A DNA stretch of 64,000 nt from positions 19,840,001 through 19,904,000 of the forward strand of contig NC_135906.1 in the NCBI RefSeq assembly GCF_964194155.1. Direction: 5' to 3'. Of the stretch, positions 12,921-25,417 are shown piece after piece. A model generated the notes under the pieces. The model worked only from the letters and a program-made list of their open reading frames with translations. It did no database searches and was not told the origin of the DNA. This DNA comes from Cetorhinus maximus. Taxonomy: Eukaryota. Positions within the stretch are counted from its first letter, which is position 1. Each line of letters opens with the position of its first letter. The translations under genes were made by a program, and so were the position numbers.

Positions 12921-13711
12921 TCTGTAAGTAATGAAGAAACGATTAACGCCAATGATTCCTTGGTTGGCCTGTGTTCCTGTGCAACAAGTCCTACTCAGGT
13001 TTGCCTAGTGTTGTCAGCCCAGCTGCCTTACCACACATTCGAGCAGACAAATAGAGTATAGAACTGGAAACTGGTTCTCCTGCTTACTCCCTCTGCTCCG
13101 GAATTCTATAAAGGCATCAGGAAGGGGGGGTGGTGGGAACAAGCTGACAATAATAAAGGTTATAAATACGAAGTTTGGAAGTATCTCCCAACCATTATAT
13201 TTCCCTTTACTTTTACAAAGGCACATACAGAGATTCTCAGTGTCTGCAGTCCTCAAATACTTTACCTTAGTGACTATTTCTAACATGGAGTTAGAGAGTG
13301 AATGTGAGCAGGGTATTTGAGTATTGGGTCAAAAGATAATTGGCAAAAGAACCAGAAGGGAGTTTTTTTTTTTACCCAGGGGATTGTGTGATCCGGAATG
13401 TTGTGATGCGACTGAAAGGATGGTTGTCAAGTTCAAAACTAAATTGGATAAAGACTGGAAAGTGAAAAATTTGCAGTGTTATGGGGAAAGAGCAGGAGGA
13501 GTGGGACTAATTGGATAGCTCTTTCAAGGACCCAACACAGGCACAATTGGCCGAATTGCTTCTTTCTGTGATGTACAATTCAGTGGGCTATTCGGGACAT
13601 CATTCTGGGTTCAAACACGCTTAAACAACCAGTCACTCAATACAACTCAGCACAGGGAAAGCTGACCGATGTTATCTTTCCCTAGCCTACAGAACCAATG
13701 TCAATTTTTAA

Positions 13712-14952
13712 AAATTCATTAATGGGATGTGGGCTTCGCTGGCTGGGCCAGCATTTGTTGCTGATCTCTAATTGCCCTTGAGAAGGTGGTGGTGAGCTGC
13801 CTTCTTGAATCACTGCAGTCCATGCGGTGTAGGTACACCCACAGTGCTGTTAGGGAGGGAGTTCCAGGATTTTGACCCAGCGACAGTGAAGGAACGGCCG
13901 ATATATTTCCAAATCAGAATGGTGAGTGGCTTGGAGAGGAACTTCCAGGTGGTGGTGTTCCCATCTATCTGCTGCCCTTGTCCTTCTAGATGGTAGTGGT
14001 CGTGGGTTTGGAAGGTGCTGTCCAAGGAGCCTTGGTGAATTCCTGCAGTGCATCTTGTAGATAGTACACACTGCTGCTACTGTGTGTCGGTGGTGGAGGG
14101 AGTGAATGTTTGTGGATGTGGTGCCAATCAAGCGGGCTGCTTTGTCCTGGATGGTGTCAAGCTTCTTGAGTGTTGTGGGAGCTGCACTCATCCAGGTAAG
14201 TGGAGAGTATTCCATCACACTCCTGACTTGTGCCTTGTAGATGGTGGACAGGCTTTGGGGAGTCAGGAGGTGGGTTACTCGTCACACAATTCCTAGCCTC
14301 TGACCTGCTCTTGTAGCCACAGTATTTATATGGCTAGTCCAGTTCAGTTTCTGGTCAATGGTAACCCCCAGGGTGTTGATAGTGGGGGATTCAGTGATGG
14401 GAATGCCATTGAACATCAAGGGGTGCTGTCTTGTTGGAGATGGTTATTGCCTGGCACCTGTGTGGTGCGAATGTTACTTGCCACTTGTCAGCCTAAGCCT
14501 GGATATTGTCCAGATCTTGCTGCATTTGGACATGGACTGCTTCAGTATCTGAGGAGTCGTGAATGGTGCTGAACATCGTGCAATCATCAGCAAACACCCC
14601 CACGTCTGACCTTATGATGGAAGGAAGGCCATTTATGAAGCAGCTGAAAATGGTTGGGCCTAGGACACTACCCTGAGGAACTCCTGCGGTGATGTCCTGG
14701 AGCTGAGATGACTGACCTCCAACAACCATAACCATCTTCCTTTGTGCTAGGTAGGACTCCAACCAGTGGAGAGTTTTCCCCAATTCCCATTGACTCCAGT
14801 TTTGCTAGGGCTCCTTGATGCCACACTTGGTCAAATGCGGCCTTGATGTCAAGGGCAGTCACTCTCATCTCACCTTGGGAGCTCAGCTCTGTCTATGTTT
14901 GAACCAGGGCTGTAATGAGGTCAGGAGCTGAGTGGCCCTGGCAGAACCCAAA
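13712..14952 (-). mobile_element. 5'-truncated CR1-clade LINE (RT domain and 3' UTR)
   Basis: Frameshifted RT fragments ALDIKAAFD, GVPQGSVLGPTIFSCFIN and FADD; tail ..gcccacatcccattaatgaat; shorter copies at ~22875, 29470, 42852, 46215 and 48600. Confidence 0.9.
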
Positions 14953-16307
14953 CCATTGTAGACCTTTAACAGAGATTGGCTAACTCAAAGCAGACTGGAA
15001 TTTGATCTCTATGGCTTTGTACAAGAACACGGGGGAAAAATACTCAGCACTTAAAATCAGCTCCAATATGTTCAAAGTTAATTACCCAGTGCGGGCTAAA
15101 GGGAAGAAGGAGCAAGAACAGTGTGTGTCTAAAATTCATGAATAAATGGACAGGGATTTAATTCACAAACTGTCAGCAATAATTCCATGTTAGGAAGACA
15201 AGCTGGAACATTCCAAGGCAAAGTAGGGGGGTGCGGGTGGGGTTTAGCATGCAACAGACTGGGGCTTGGTTAGCCTAGTTGACTACAGTGTGGTGCAGAA
15301 TGATGCAAATGACAGAGGTTCAATCTCTGTGCCAGCTGTGATAGTTCATGGAGGCCTTCCTCCTCACCTTCCTCCACACTTGTGGAGTGATGCCACTCAA
15401 GCTCTGTAAAGCCAATTGTCTCTCTTTAATGGTGAGAGATGCCTATGGGTCCCTTCATTGTGGACTATAATTAATTACCTACTGACTTACACCTGTATAC
15501 ATCCATTTGGCCCAGTTTCCCTGTCACTCCAGCTGATTTGAAGGGATATGAAACCAAGTTATTTAGGATACAGTATTTGAATAATTTGGAGATAATGTGT
15601 TTTCAACAAATCAGCTCGAAGCAGATACCAGGTAACAGTGTCTGGCATCTTAATTCCATATGAGGCGAGGGGATCATTTAGAGAAACAAAGCACCAATTT
15701 GCTGGACAAATAGTTAAAACAAAAAGAGGAAGTAAATTTAGGAGCAGCCTAAATTTTAGGGGAAAATCTGTTCTATGAAATTAAAAAATTACTTGCAAAG
15801 TAAAAAACAGAAATGAACCAAAGGCCAAACAGAATCTGAAAGGGAAAACATAAATGGTTGTTTCAGACACAGAACCTTAAGCAGAACTCAGAACCCGTGT
15901 GAAAGATTCACCCAATTTTCCTTATCAGTTGCTGCTATTTATTTTCAACATTTTCGATGTATGTTTTTTTCTAAATTTCAAATGAGCAGATTAGCAAATT
16001 ACTCTGTAATTTATCTTCTTTGCAGCAATAAGCTCTTTATTTCCATTAAAAATATCATTGAAAAAGCATCAGTACTTAGAAAACCTTACATAAGGAAACA
16101 ATTAACCAAAAAAGGTAAACTTTCTATTGTGGCGTCCAGAAGTTAAAAAAGCAGAAAATATCTTAAATAGCAGCAATTTATAACAAAAACGTTTAGATGA
16201 TTGTAACTTTTATTAGATAGAGGAAAGATTAATATTTTGAATTTCTGCAAAAGCAATCTTTTTCTTTAATCTTATCTAAAGTTTATTTTGCTTAGTATGG
16301 TTCTAAC

Positions 16308-16500
16308 CTGCTGCAGTGTGGACTCCAGTCTCCTCCTTGCGGCTTCTGTTCAAATATCAACACAGGGCGCGCTCCCCGCGCAGCATGGCGGACACGCGCC
16401 TCAGAGAGGTTTCGATTCAGAAAAGGCGCGCGTTACCAGGGGAACGGTGCACGCGCTCGCTGCAGAACTGTCCCCCTGTCCCCCCCAAGAGAGGAAGAGA
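16308..16500 (-). promoter_or_regulatory. Small CpG island: candidate promoter and non-coding first exon of C19orf67
   Basis: CpG cluster (gcgcgc, cgcg); RFX X-box-like gttaccaggggaac at 16432-16445; minus-strand donor cag|gttaga at 16307; the ATG exon at 12921 needs an upstream exon. Confidence 0.55.
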
Positions 16501-16509
16501 GCAGAGCCT

Positions 16510-17270
16510 GGGATTTTGTATCATTACATTAGGAATGTGCTTGGCTTTAGGATTGGGATTTTATATCAATACATTGGGAATGTGTTTGGTTTTGGGAGTG
16601 GATTTTATACCAATACATTGGGAATGAGGTTGGGATTTTATATCAATACATTGGGAATGAGATTGGGTTTAGGATTGGGATTTTATATCAATACATTGAG
16701 AATGAGATTGGGTTTAGGATTGGGATTTTATATCAATACATTGGGAATGAGATTGGGTTTGGGTTTAGGATTGGGATTTTATATCATTAAATTGGGAATG
16801 TGCTTGGGTTTAGGATTGGGATTTTATGTCAATACATTGGGAATGAGATTGGGTTTGGGTTTAGGATTGGGATTTTATATCATTAAATTGGGAATGTGCT
16901 TGGGTTTAGGATTGGGATTTTATATCAATACATTGGGAATGAGATTGGGTTTAGGATTGGGATTTTATATCAATACATTGGGAATAAGATTGGGTTTAGG
17001 ATTGGGATTTCATTTTAAATTGAGAATGAGATTGGGATAATATATTAAATTGGAAATGATATTGGATTTAGGATTGAGATTTTATATTAAATTGGGAATG
17101 AGTTTGGGTTTAGGATTAGGATTTTGTATCACTAGATTGGGAACGTGATTGAGTTTAGGATCGAGATTTTATATTACATTGGAAAAGGGATTGGATTTAT
17201 GATTGGGATTATATATTACATTGGGAATGAGATTGGATTTAGGATTGGGATTTGTGAATTAGGCTGAGTT
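16510..17270. repeat. Minisatellite, ~45 bp unit (ttgggaatgagattgggtttaggattgggattttatatcaataca), decaying at its ends
   Basis: Direct inspection; explains the periodic LGMRLGLGLGFYINT ORF. Confidence 0.9.
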
Positions 17271-18389
17271 GGGATTGTGTCCAAGGTTTTGATATGGGAC
17301 AGTGATAGTTGGATGGGAATTTTGTTTGGAATTTTGATATTAGGTTAGGATGTAATGAGATTGGACAATTTTTATTTTTAAAATTCCTCAAAACCAGAAT
17401 TTCATGGTTTAGGTGGTACACTCAAGGTGGCTTGATGAGGACACCAGCAGGCACCAGAGCATGTGTGCAAAATAGATGTAGCATGCACTGCCAGGTCAAC
17501 TTTTATTTATAGAGCATCTTAATGTAATAAAACACCCCAAAACACTTCACAGGACCATTATCAAATACAATTTGGCACTGAGCCATTTAAAAAGATATTC
17601 GGACAGATGACAAAAATCTTTGTCAGTGAAGTAGCTTTTAAGGAGAATCTTAGAGGTAGAGAGGCTGAGGTGTTTAGGGAGGGAGTTGGGAATTGCAGCA
17701 TTTAGTGCTTAGCCAGTTGACAGAAATATTGGAACGACGTTGGAATGTGCAAGAGGTCAGAATTGGAGGAGCGCAGAGATCTTGGAGAGTTGTGGGGCTG
17801 GGGGAGGTTAGAGAGGTAGGTAGGGGCGAGGCCATGGAGAGATTTGAACACAAAGATCAAGACCATCACTTTCAGTTGTTGAACAAGAACTGAGTAAATG
17901 GGACAACATCAAGTTTTTAACAACATTTCCAGAAATACAGAAAAGATGGAAGCAAACTCTCCCAGAGCCACACGAAGTTTAATGAAGACAGGCTGTATGT
18001 TGGATCACTGCAGGACAGAGGATGCAGAAAAATGCTGACGGTGATTAATGAAGTTGGGTGGTGTTAATTTTCCTGGCAGCAACTATTACAGAACTCTCTA
18101 TATTAAGTAGGAGGGTAGTGATTTATAAAATAAATGCATAATTGTACTTATAGATGACTCCATTTTAGTATCCAGCGCAGAATTCAATTTGTCTCGTTTG
18201 TGGGATGGAGGTGCAATATGCCAAACTTGCCTCATGGATGTGCCCCTGTCCCAAATCTGGGCACTTGGGTATATTCCCACATTATGAATTGCTATTTATT
18301 GCATCCACAGGGTATTCTCTGCACTGTCTGAACATGAGTACACTCGCTTGACCCACATACAAATACCATAACAGACAGCCTTGAAGTTT

Positions 18390-18487
18390 GAAATAAAAGC
18401 AGAAAATGATGATATTCAGCAGGTCTGGGAGCATCTGAGGAGAAAAATACAGAATTAACTTTTCAGGTCAAAGTCCCTTCCCTCAGC
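18390..18487 (-). mobile_element. Short degenerate PLE terminal fragment
   Basis: cagcaggtctgggagcatctg motif; TSD ccttgaagttt at 18379-18389 and 18488-18498. Confidence 0.6.
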
Positions 18488-19991
18488 CCTTGAAGTTTAT
18501 TGGATTGCATAATAAAGGTGAAAAAAGGAAGTTTTAAATTCTTAAAGATTGATCTAAAGATGGTTTGAGATGAAGAGGGGTGGGAGGAGGCTCTTGTGGA
18601 ATATTAATGTTGTAATATACCTTTAATGTGTAGGAGCATGGCATCACTAGAAAGGAAGTGTGTCATACAATCCAGTTTTAGTTTCACTTTTGCTCTTAAG
18701 CAGAGCGCAGCACAGACAGCTCTGCTGCTGACGTGTCTTCACACTTTATGCCTCTGTCACATTCCCAGGTGCCTAGTCTCAATAAATGAACACACAATGT
18801 GTGATTGGTGCCTTTATATCATTATAACACACATGACAATTAATACTGGTATAGACCAATCGGGCCGGTTTCTGTGTAAATTCCATGTGACCTGTCCTGT
18901 GAACACCCTTTCCCGCTTTACTGTCGAGCTAAAAACTATGGCAATCTGGGAACGTCACATACAGTTCAAAATGAAGCTGTGAATGGAATATTAAACCTTG
19001 TTCTTGTACATTGCTGTGCGAATTTAGTTTCATTAATGTCATCTAGTCTTCTTCGAAAGATCCACACTCTGAGAAATGATGTGTTGGAATATTGGTAGCA
19101 CCAGGCCTGCCTTGTTCCAGCCACATTCTCACTTATAGAAACATAGAAAATGGGAGCTGGAGTAGGTCATTTGGCCCTTCAAGCCTGCTCCGCCATGCAA
19201 TATGATCATGGCCGATTCTCTATCTCAATGCCACAGTCCCGCTCTCTCCCTATACTCCTTGACACCTTTAGAGCCTAGAAATCTATCTATTTCCTTCTTA
19301 AATATATTCAGTGACTTGGCCTCTACAGCCCTGTGTGGTGGAGACTTCCACAGGTTCACCACTCTGAGTGAAGAAGTTTCTCCTCATCATAAGTTTAGTT
19401 CCTTAGTCTATAGTTGTAGTTTTCCGACACTGTAAGGCAATTTTAGCAGTGACATTAAGGTAGTTCTTATTTTGATGAATGTAGCCTTTAAATTTCAAAG
19501 TGAGAGTTCTCTATTTGAGATTAGTATGAATAGAAACATAGAATTATAGGATGGTTACAGCATAGGGGAGGCCATGCAGCCCATCGGGTCCATGCTGGTT
19601 CTCTGTAAGTTATCAGTTCAGCTAGTCTCGCTCCCTTGCCTTCTCCCGCGGTAGCCCTCAGAATTCCTCTCTCTTCAGGTAGTTATCCAATTCCCTTTTG
19701 AAAGCCAGGATTGACCCTGCCTCCACCACAATTTCAGGCAGTGCATTCCAGATCCTGACCATTTGCTGCCGGTAAAAATTGTTTTTCCTCATGTCACCAT
19801 TGGTTCTTTTGCCGTTCACCTTAAGTGGAGAGAGACAGAAAAAAGACTTACATTTTAATAGCACCACTCCTGCCCTCAGAACATCCCAAAGGGCTTCATG
19901 GGCAGTGAACCACTTTTGAGGTACAGTCACATGACAGTCAAAATTAGGCAGCAAGATCCCAAAAACAGCACGGAGATAAATGACCAGTTAA

Positions 19992-20200
19992 AAGCAAAAC
20001 ACTGCGGATGCTGGAAATCTGAAACAAAAACAGTAAAGGAAAAACTCAGCAGGTCTGACAGCATCTGTGGAGAGAGAAAAACAAAGTTAATGTTTTGAGT
20101 CCACATGACCCTTCTTCAGAGCCATTAACTTTGTTATTCTCTCTCCACAGATGCTGTCAGACCTGCTGAGTTTTTCCAGCATTTTCTGTTTTTGTTTTAG
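19992..20200. mobile_element. Mini fold-back PLE inside a Deu-SINE
   Basis: Inverted arms around a loop holding the hammerhead core (minus strand CTGAAGA-agggtc..gactc-AAAA); 12 bp TSD atgaccagttaa at 19980-19991 and 20201-20212. Confidence 0.85.
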
Positions 20201-20949
20201 ATGACCAGTTAATGTGTTTTGGTGGTACTAAATATTTGCCAGGACACTAGGTGCAATCCCCATGTGAAACATTCATTTTCTAAGATTGTCAAATATACTA
20301 CAGTAGAAAACGATTCTGGAGTATCTTTCTAAGAGGACTTTTTTTCTAAATCAGCACGATACAAGTCTAAACCTCTACCAGATTGGTGCAGTGTTTCTTG
20401 AATAACAGGTTCCCTGTTCACGTTCTTTGCTGCTTAGTATACTCCTTACATGCCCATGCAACTTAACTTCTGATTTCAAAATCAATCCTTGGTAGTTTTT
20501 TTTCTTCCTCGGAATAAAAGGTAACCTCTCTTAAAATGCTCATAAAATATGCCTCGTGGTATACACTCCATAACCCAATGTACTGCAATTGTCTGCCTGG
20601 TTTTTTTTAGGTAACTGTTAGCATTTCAACCTGACAATAAGATTTTAGCTGTGTGTGGATGGTATGTGTACAGGAGTGTGTGAAGCATCCATTAGATTCC
20701 AGACATCGCCCAGCAAATATCACACTTCCAAGTTTCACATTGTGCTACAGAGGAAGGGAAATCTTTGAAAAAAAGGAAGTCAATTATTGACTCGAGCCTG
20801 ATATTTATAAGTTTTATAAATGTCTGTAGACTAACCTCAGTAGGCACAATTATCTGAATTTGCTTATTAATAGGGATGACCCTAATGGGTCAAACTACAA
20901 TGTGGCTCTATATCTCGTGTGCATTCCAGAGCGCAAACTACCTGTGGGC

Positions 20950-22100
20950 ATAGAGTTATAGAGGTCTACAGCACAGAAAAAGGCCTCTCAGCCCATCAAG
21001 TCTACGCCAGTCAAACAAGTACCTAACTATTCTAATCCCATTTTCCAGCACTAGACCCATAGCCTTGTATGCCATGGCATCGCAAGTGCACATCCAAATA
21101 CTTCTTAAATGTTATGAGGGTTTCTGCCTCTACCACCCTTTCAGGCAGTGAGTTCCAGATTCCCACCACCCTCTGGGTGAAAAAATTCTTCCTCACATCC
21201 CCTCTAAATCTCCTGCCCCTTAGCTTAAATCTATGCCCCCTGGTTATTGATCCCTCCACCAAGGGGAAAAGTTCCTTCCTGTCTACACTATTTATGCCCC
21301 TCATAATTTTATACACCTCAATCATGTCCCCTCTCAATCTCCTCTGCTCCAGGGAAAATAACCCCAGTTTATCCAATCTCCCCTCATAACTAAAACTCTC
21401 CAGCCCAGGCAACATCCTGGTAAATCTCCTCTGCATTCTCTCTAGTGCAATCACATCCTTCCTATAATGTGGATTCCAGAACTGCGCGCAATACTCTAGC
21501 TGTGGCCTAACCAGCGTTTTATACAGTTCCAGCATAACCTCCCTGCTGTTATATTCTATGTCTCGGCTAATAAAGGCAACTATTCCATATGCCTTCTTAA
21601 CCACCTTATCTACCTGTCCCACTACCTTAAGGGACCGGTGGACATGCACACCAAGGTCCCTCTGATCCTCGGTACTTCCCAGGGTCCTACCATTCATCGT
21701 GTATTCCCGTGCCTTGTTTGTCCTGCCCAAGTGCATCACCTCACACTTATCTGGATTAAATTCCATTTGCCACTGATCAGCCCATCTGACCAGCCCGTCT
21801 ATATCCTCCTGTAATCTAAGCCTATCCTCCTCACTATTTACCACCCCACCAATTTTCGTGTCATCTGCGAACTTACTGATCAACCCTCCTACATTCAAGT
21901 CTAAATCATTTATATATACCACAAACAGCAAGGGACCAAACACCGATCCCTGTGGAACCCCACTGGACACAGGCATCCAGTCACAAAAACACCCCTTGGC
22001 CATCACCCTCTGCTTCCTGCCACTCAGCCAATTCTGGATCCAATTTGCCAAATTGCCTTGGATCCCATGGGCTCCTACCTTCGTTATCAGTCTCCCATGC
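20950..22100 (-). mobile_element. Young 5'-truncated CR1 LINE with an uninterrupted ORF2 C-terminal half
   Basis: Open frame with GVPQGSVFGPLLF..YINDLD, SKFADDTK, LVRPQLEYC and FFTQRVVGIWNSLP; stop at 21032. Confidence 0.93.
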
Positions 22101-22146
22101 AGTATAGAGGGACACCCTATAGTCAAGTATTTAAAAATAAATAAAC

Positions 22147-22296
22147 AAAGAGTCACTTGTAGTACAGAGTTTGAGTATTGCTGAAAAGAGAGACATGCTG
22201 TCAAAGCTTTTCGCCTTGCACTCATCAGGACAAACACAAGAATACCAAATTTCAAAGGGAGCAACAATTTATGCTACATGAGAAAAAGGTGCAGAT
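22147..22296 (-). mobile_element. Terminal fragment of the second PLE family
   Basis: Homologous to the left arm of the 43292-43606 element. Confidence 0.7.
22199..22232 (-). ncRNA. Minimal type I hammerhead ribozyme motif (family 2)
   Basis: Minus strand tgtc-CTGATGA-gtgcaaggc-GAAA-agcttt-gaca: stem I tgtc/gaca, intact core, palindromic AAGCTT stem III. Confidence 0.7.
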
Positions 22297-23759
22297 TATG
22301 GGCTTGATGGGGATGATGAAATAAAAATACAAACTGACAATAGGAGTTGGGGGGGATGGGGGTGCGGTGGGTGCAGCTGGTGGGAGAAGCAGGTTTGAAA
22401 GGACGCTACCCAAAAGATTGTCCTTTTAGATGCTGACCATTTTGTATTTCCAGAAAGTTCTGTCTCTATATTTCATCTTATTGACAGACCTGCTGCAGTA
22501 TCTCCAGCATTTCCCCATCCAACTGAAACCAGCTCTAAGTTATTGGTAATGAAATCATGCAATTGTACAGAACAGGAGGCCATTCAGCCCATAGTGTTTT
22601 CAAAGAGCCGGCACAGTAACAATCTAATTATTCCCACATCCCTACCTTTTGCTCATATCTCTGCAACTTGCTCTTTTTTAAAGTATTTATCAAATTCTCT
22701 TTTGTAAGTTACTGTTTCGGGCAGTGCATTCCAGGTCACAACAACTTGCTGTGCTAAAACATCTACTCATCTGTCCCTTAGTTCTTTTGCCAATTACCTT
22801 AAATCTTGTCCTCTGGTTACCAACCCTCCTGCCAGTGGAAACAGTTTCGCCTAATTTTGCCAATCATGATTTACTCCCTCCACCACCGACGCACAGTGGC
22901 AGCAGTGTGTACCATCTACAAGATACACTGCAGCAACTCATCAAGGCTCCTTTGACAGTAACTTCCAAACCTGCAACCTCTATCATCTACAAGGACAAAG
23001 GCAGCAGATGCATGGAAACACCATCCCCTGGAGGTTCTCCTCCAAGCCACTCACCATCCTGACTTGGAAATATATCGCCGTTCCTTCACTGTCACTGGGT
23101 TAAAATCCTGGGACTCCCTCCTTAACATCACTGTGGGTGTACCTACACCACAGGGACTGCAGTGGTTCGAGAAGGCAGCTCACCACCACCTTCTTAAGGG
23201 CAATTCGGGATGGGCAATAAATGCTGGCCTAGCCAGTGACACCCACATCCCATGAATGAATATATATAAACAAACGGATTTACTCCAGCAAATTCCTCGA
23301 TAATTTTGAAATTGCTCCTCTTCAGATGACTGCCTGACCAAGGTCGCCACCAACGGATTCAGGTACCATGCAGACGAGGGGGTCACTGGGCCCCACTGCC
23401 GGCCCTCCTCCCTGGCTATGTCCGTGCTCATATGTCCCTGCATGGAGAGGGAGCATGGAGTATCCACTGGTAAAGCCCTGTTGCCTTGTATGACTAGTGG
23501 GTACCGCAGCAACCGAAGTGCATGAAGGACACCAGCAACAATGTTTCGTCCTTAGGAACAGGAAGAGGCCATTCAGCCCGTTGAGCCTGTTCTGCATTCA
23601 ATGAGATCATGGCTGATCTGCGACCTAACTCTACACACCCACCTTTGCCCCATATTCCTTAATATATTTGGTTAACAAAAATCTACCCATTTCAGATTTA
23701 AAATTAACAATTGATATAGCATCAATTACCAACTGCGGAATTGAGTTCCAAACTTTCTA

Positions 23760-24318
23760 GCATCTCATCAGCACCTCATCTTCCGACTAGGCACTTTACA
23801 GCCTTCCGGACTGAATATTGAATTCAACAATTTTAGATCGTGAACTCTCTCCTCCATCCCCACCCCCTTTCCGATTCCCCCCCCTTTTTTTCCAATAATT
23901 TATATAGATTTTTCTTTTCCCACCTACTTCCATTATTTTTAAATGCATTTCCATCCATTGTTTTATCTCTACCTTTTAGCCTTTTTTGATTCCTTCACCC
24001 CACCCCCACTAGGGCTATCTGTACCTTGCTTGTCCTCCTTTCTACCCTTAATTAGCACATTCGTCAGATAATATCACCACCTTCAACACCTCTTTGTCCT
24101 TTTTGTCTGTGACATCTTTTGGTTATCTCCACCTATCACTGGCCCTCTATCCAGCTCTACTTGTGCCACCCCCCCCCCCTTAAACCAGTTTATATTTCAC
24201 CTCTCTTCTATTTTTACTTAGTTCTGTTGAAGGGTCCTTCGGACTCGAAACGTTCACTGTGTTCCTCTCCGCGGATGCTGCCGGACCTGCTGAGTTTTTC
24301 CCAGCTATTTTTGCTTTT
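23760..24318 (+). mobile_element. PLE 3' fragment (GIY-YIG end, 3' UTR, hammerhead) inserted in a minus-strand CR1
   Basis: 23769-23843 reads QHLIFRLGTLQPSGLNIEFNNFRS*; 15 bp TSD gttccaaactttcta at 23745-23759 and 24319-24333. Confidence 0.88.
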
Positions 24319-24351
24319 GTTCCAAACTTTCTACCATGCTTTGTTAATTAA

Positions 24352-24450
24352 GTTCTGTCGAAGGGTCACGAGGACTCGAAACATCAACTCTTATCTTCTC
24401 CGCCGATGCTGCCAGACCTGCTGTGTTTTTCCAGGTAATTCTGTTTCTGT
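24352..24450 (+). mobile_element. ~100 bp PLE insertion consisting of the hammerhead and terminus only
   Basis: agtt-CTGTCGA-agggtc..gactc-GAAA-catc-aact; TSD tttgttaattaa at 24340-24351 and 24451-24462. Confidence 0.8.
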
Positions 24451-24837
24451 TTTGTTAATTAACTATTCATTTAAAAAGGTCAGCCTTTCATCGTTTAAAA
24501 AAAAAACTATGCCCTCTGGACTTTTCACCCAGTTCGGAACAGTTTATACCCTATCCCATTGCTCTTAATGTCATGAAAGCTTTGATCACACCACCCCCCA
24601 CCCCCTACCCCCCCCCAACCCCCAGCCCCCAGCCCTTCTAAATTCCAGGGAATACCACCCTAGCTTGTGTGATCCCTCTGTGTAATTTAACGCTTTGGAG
24701 TGCAGGTATTATTCAGGTAAATCTGCACTCCAGCAATGACTGCAGTGCAAAAAAGGAATGCATAGGCTGCAAAAGCACTTGGATAAATCCTATACATGCC
24801 AGCCTGTCTCCTTCCTTTATGTCAGTCCCTCGGCAAA

Positions 24838-25031
24838 CCCATAGACCCTATAATCCCAGGGTATGGTGCCCCATAGACCCTATAATCCCAGGGTATGGTG
24901 CCCCATAGACCCTATAATCCCAGGGTATGGTGCCCCATAGACCCTATAATCCCAGGGTAAGGTGCCCCATAGACCCTATAACCCCAGGGTGTGGTGCCCC
25001 ATAGACCCTATAACCCCAGGGTGTGGTGCCC
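24838..25031. repeat. 32 bp minisatellite, about 6 copies
   Basis: atagaccctataatcccagggtatggtgcccc recurs at 24841, 24873, 24905, 24937, 24969 and 25001. Confidence 0.95.
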
Positions 25032-25034
25032 AGG

Positions 25035-25410
25035 ACCTGCTGACAGACCTCGAGCTGTGTGACCTGAGCAGGGCTGCTCCACTGGCTGTGGCTTCACCTT
25101 CGGAAGCCTCCCCGCCGCTGCTGCTGCTGCTGCTCCTGCCCCGGTTCCTCATTTCAGACACTCCACCCTCCCTCCCCTGGAGCTCCGCGAGGCTGGAGCT
25201 GGATGCGTTGCTAGGTGACTGGGATGTGACATTGAGTCCCGCCCCCTCCGAGGGGAGGGGGGAGGGGCTGGGGGTGGGGTTTGGCGAGAAGGGGAAGTGA
25301 CGAGGGATGGAATGTTCCTGAAAGTTCGAGCAATTTGTTGAAAGTGTTGCGGAGAGACGGTGAGGGCAGTGGGCCTGGTGAGTGATCGTCCAGCCGCTCC
25401 TGGTCAGAGA
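25035..25410. promoter_or_regulatory. CpG-island promoter, probably bidirectional; likely DNAJB1 promoter and non-coding exon 1
   Basis: X-box gttgctaggtgac at 25207-25219; GC box at ~25238; ETS/CRE-like ggaagtgacg; 4-unit HSE; plus-strand donors gtgagg at 25360 and gtgagt at 25378. Confidence 0.65.
25309..25328. promoter_or_regulatory. Perfect 4-unit heat shock element
   Basis: gGAAtgTTCctGAAagTTCg, upstream of an Hsp40 gene. Confidence 0.75.
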
Positions 25411-25417
25411 GAGTGTG

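Noticed and set aside
16288-17040. 250 aa LGMRLGLGLGFYINT ORF
   Set aside because: Product of a 45 bp tandem repeat
20631-20745. Possible minus-strand exon (ctctgtag ... cag|gttgaa)
   Set aside because: No homology recognised and weak donor; not supportable
17000-25200. TECR, which lies head-to-head with DNAJB1 in human
   Set aside because: No TECR-like coding exons found on the minus strand
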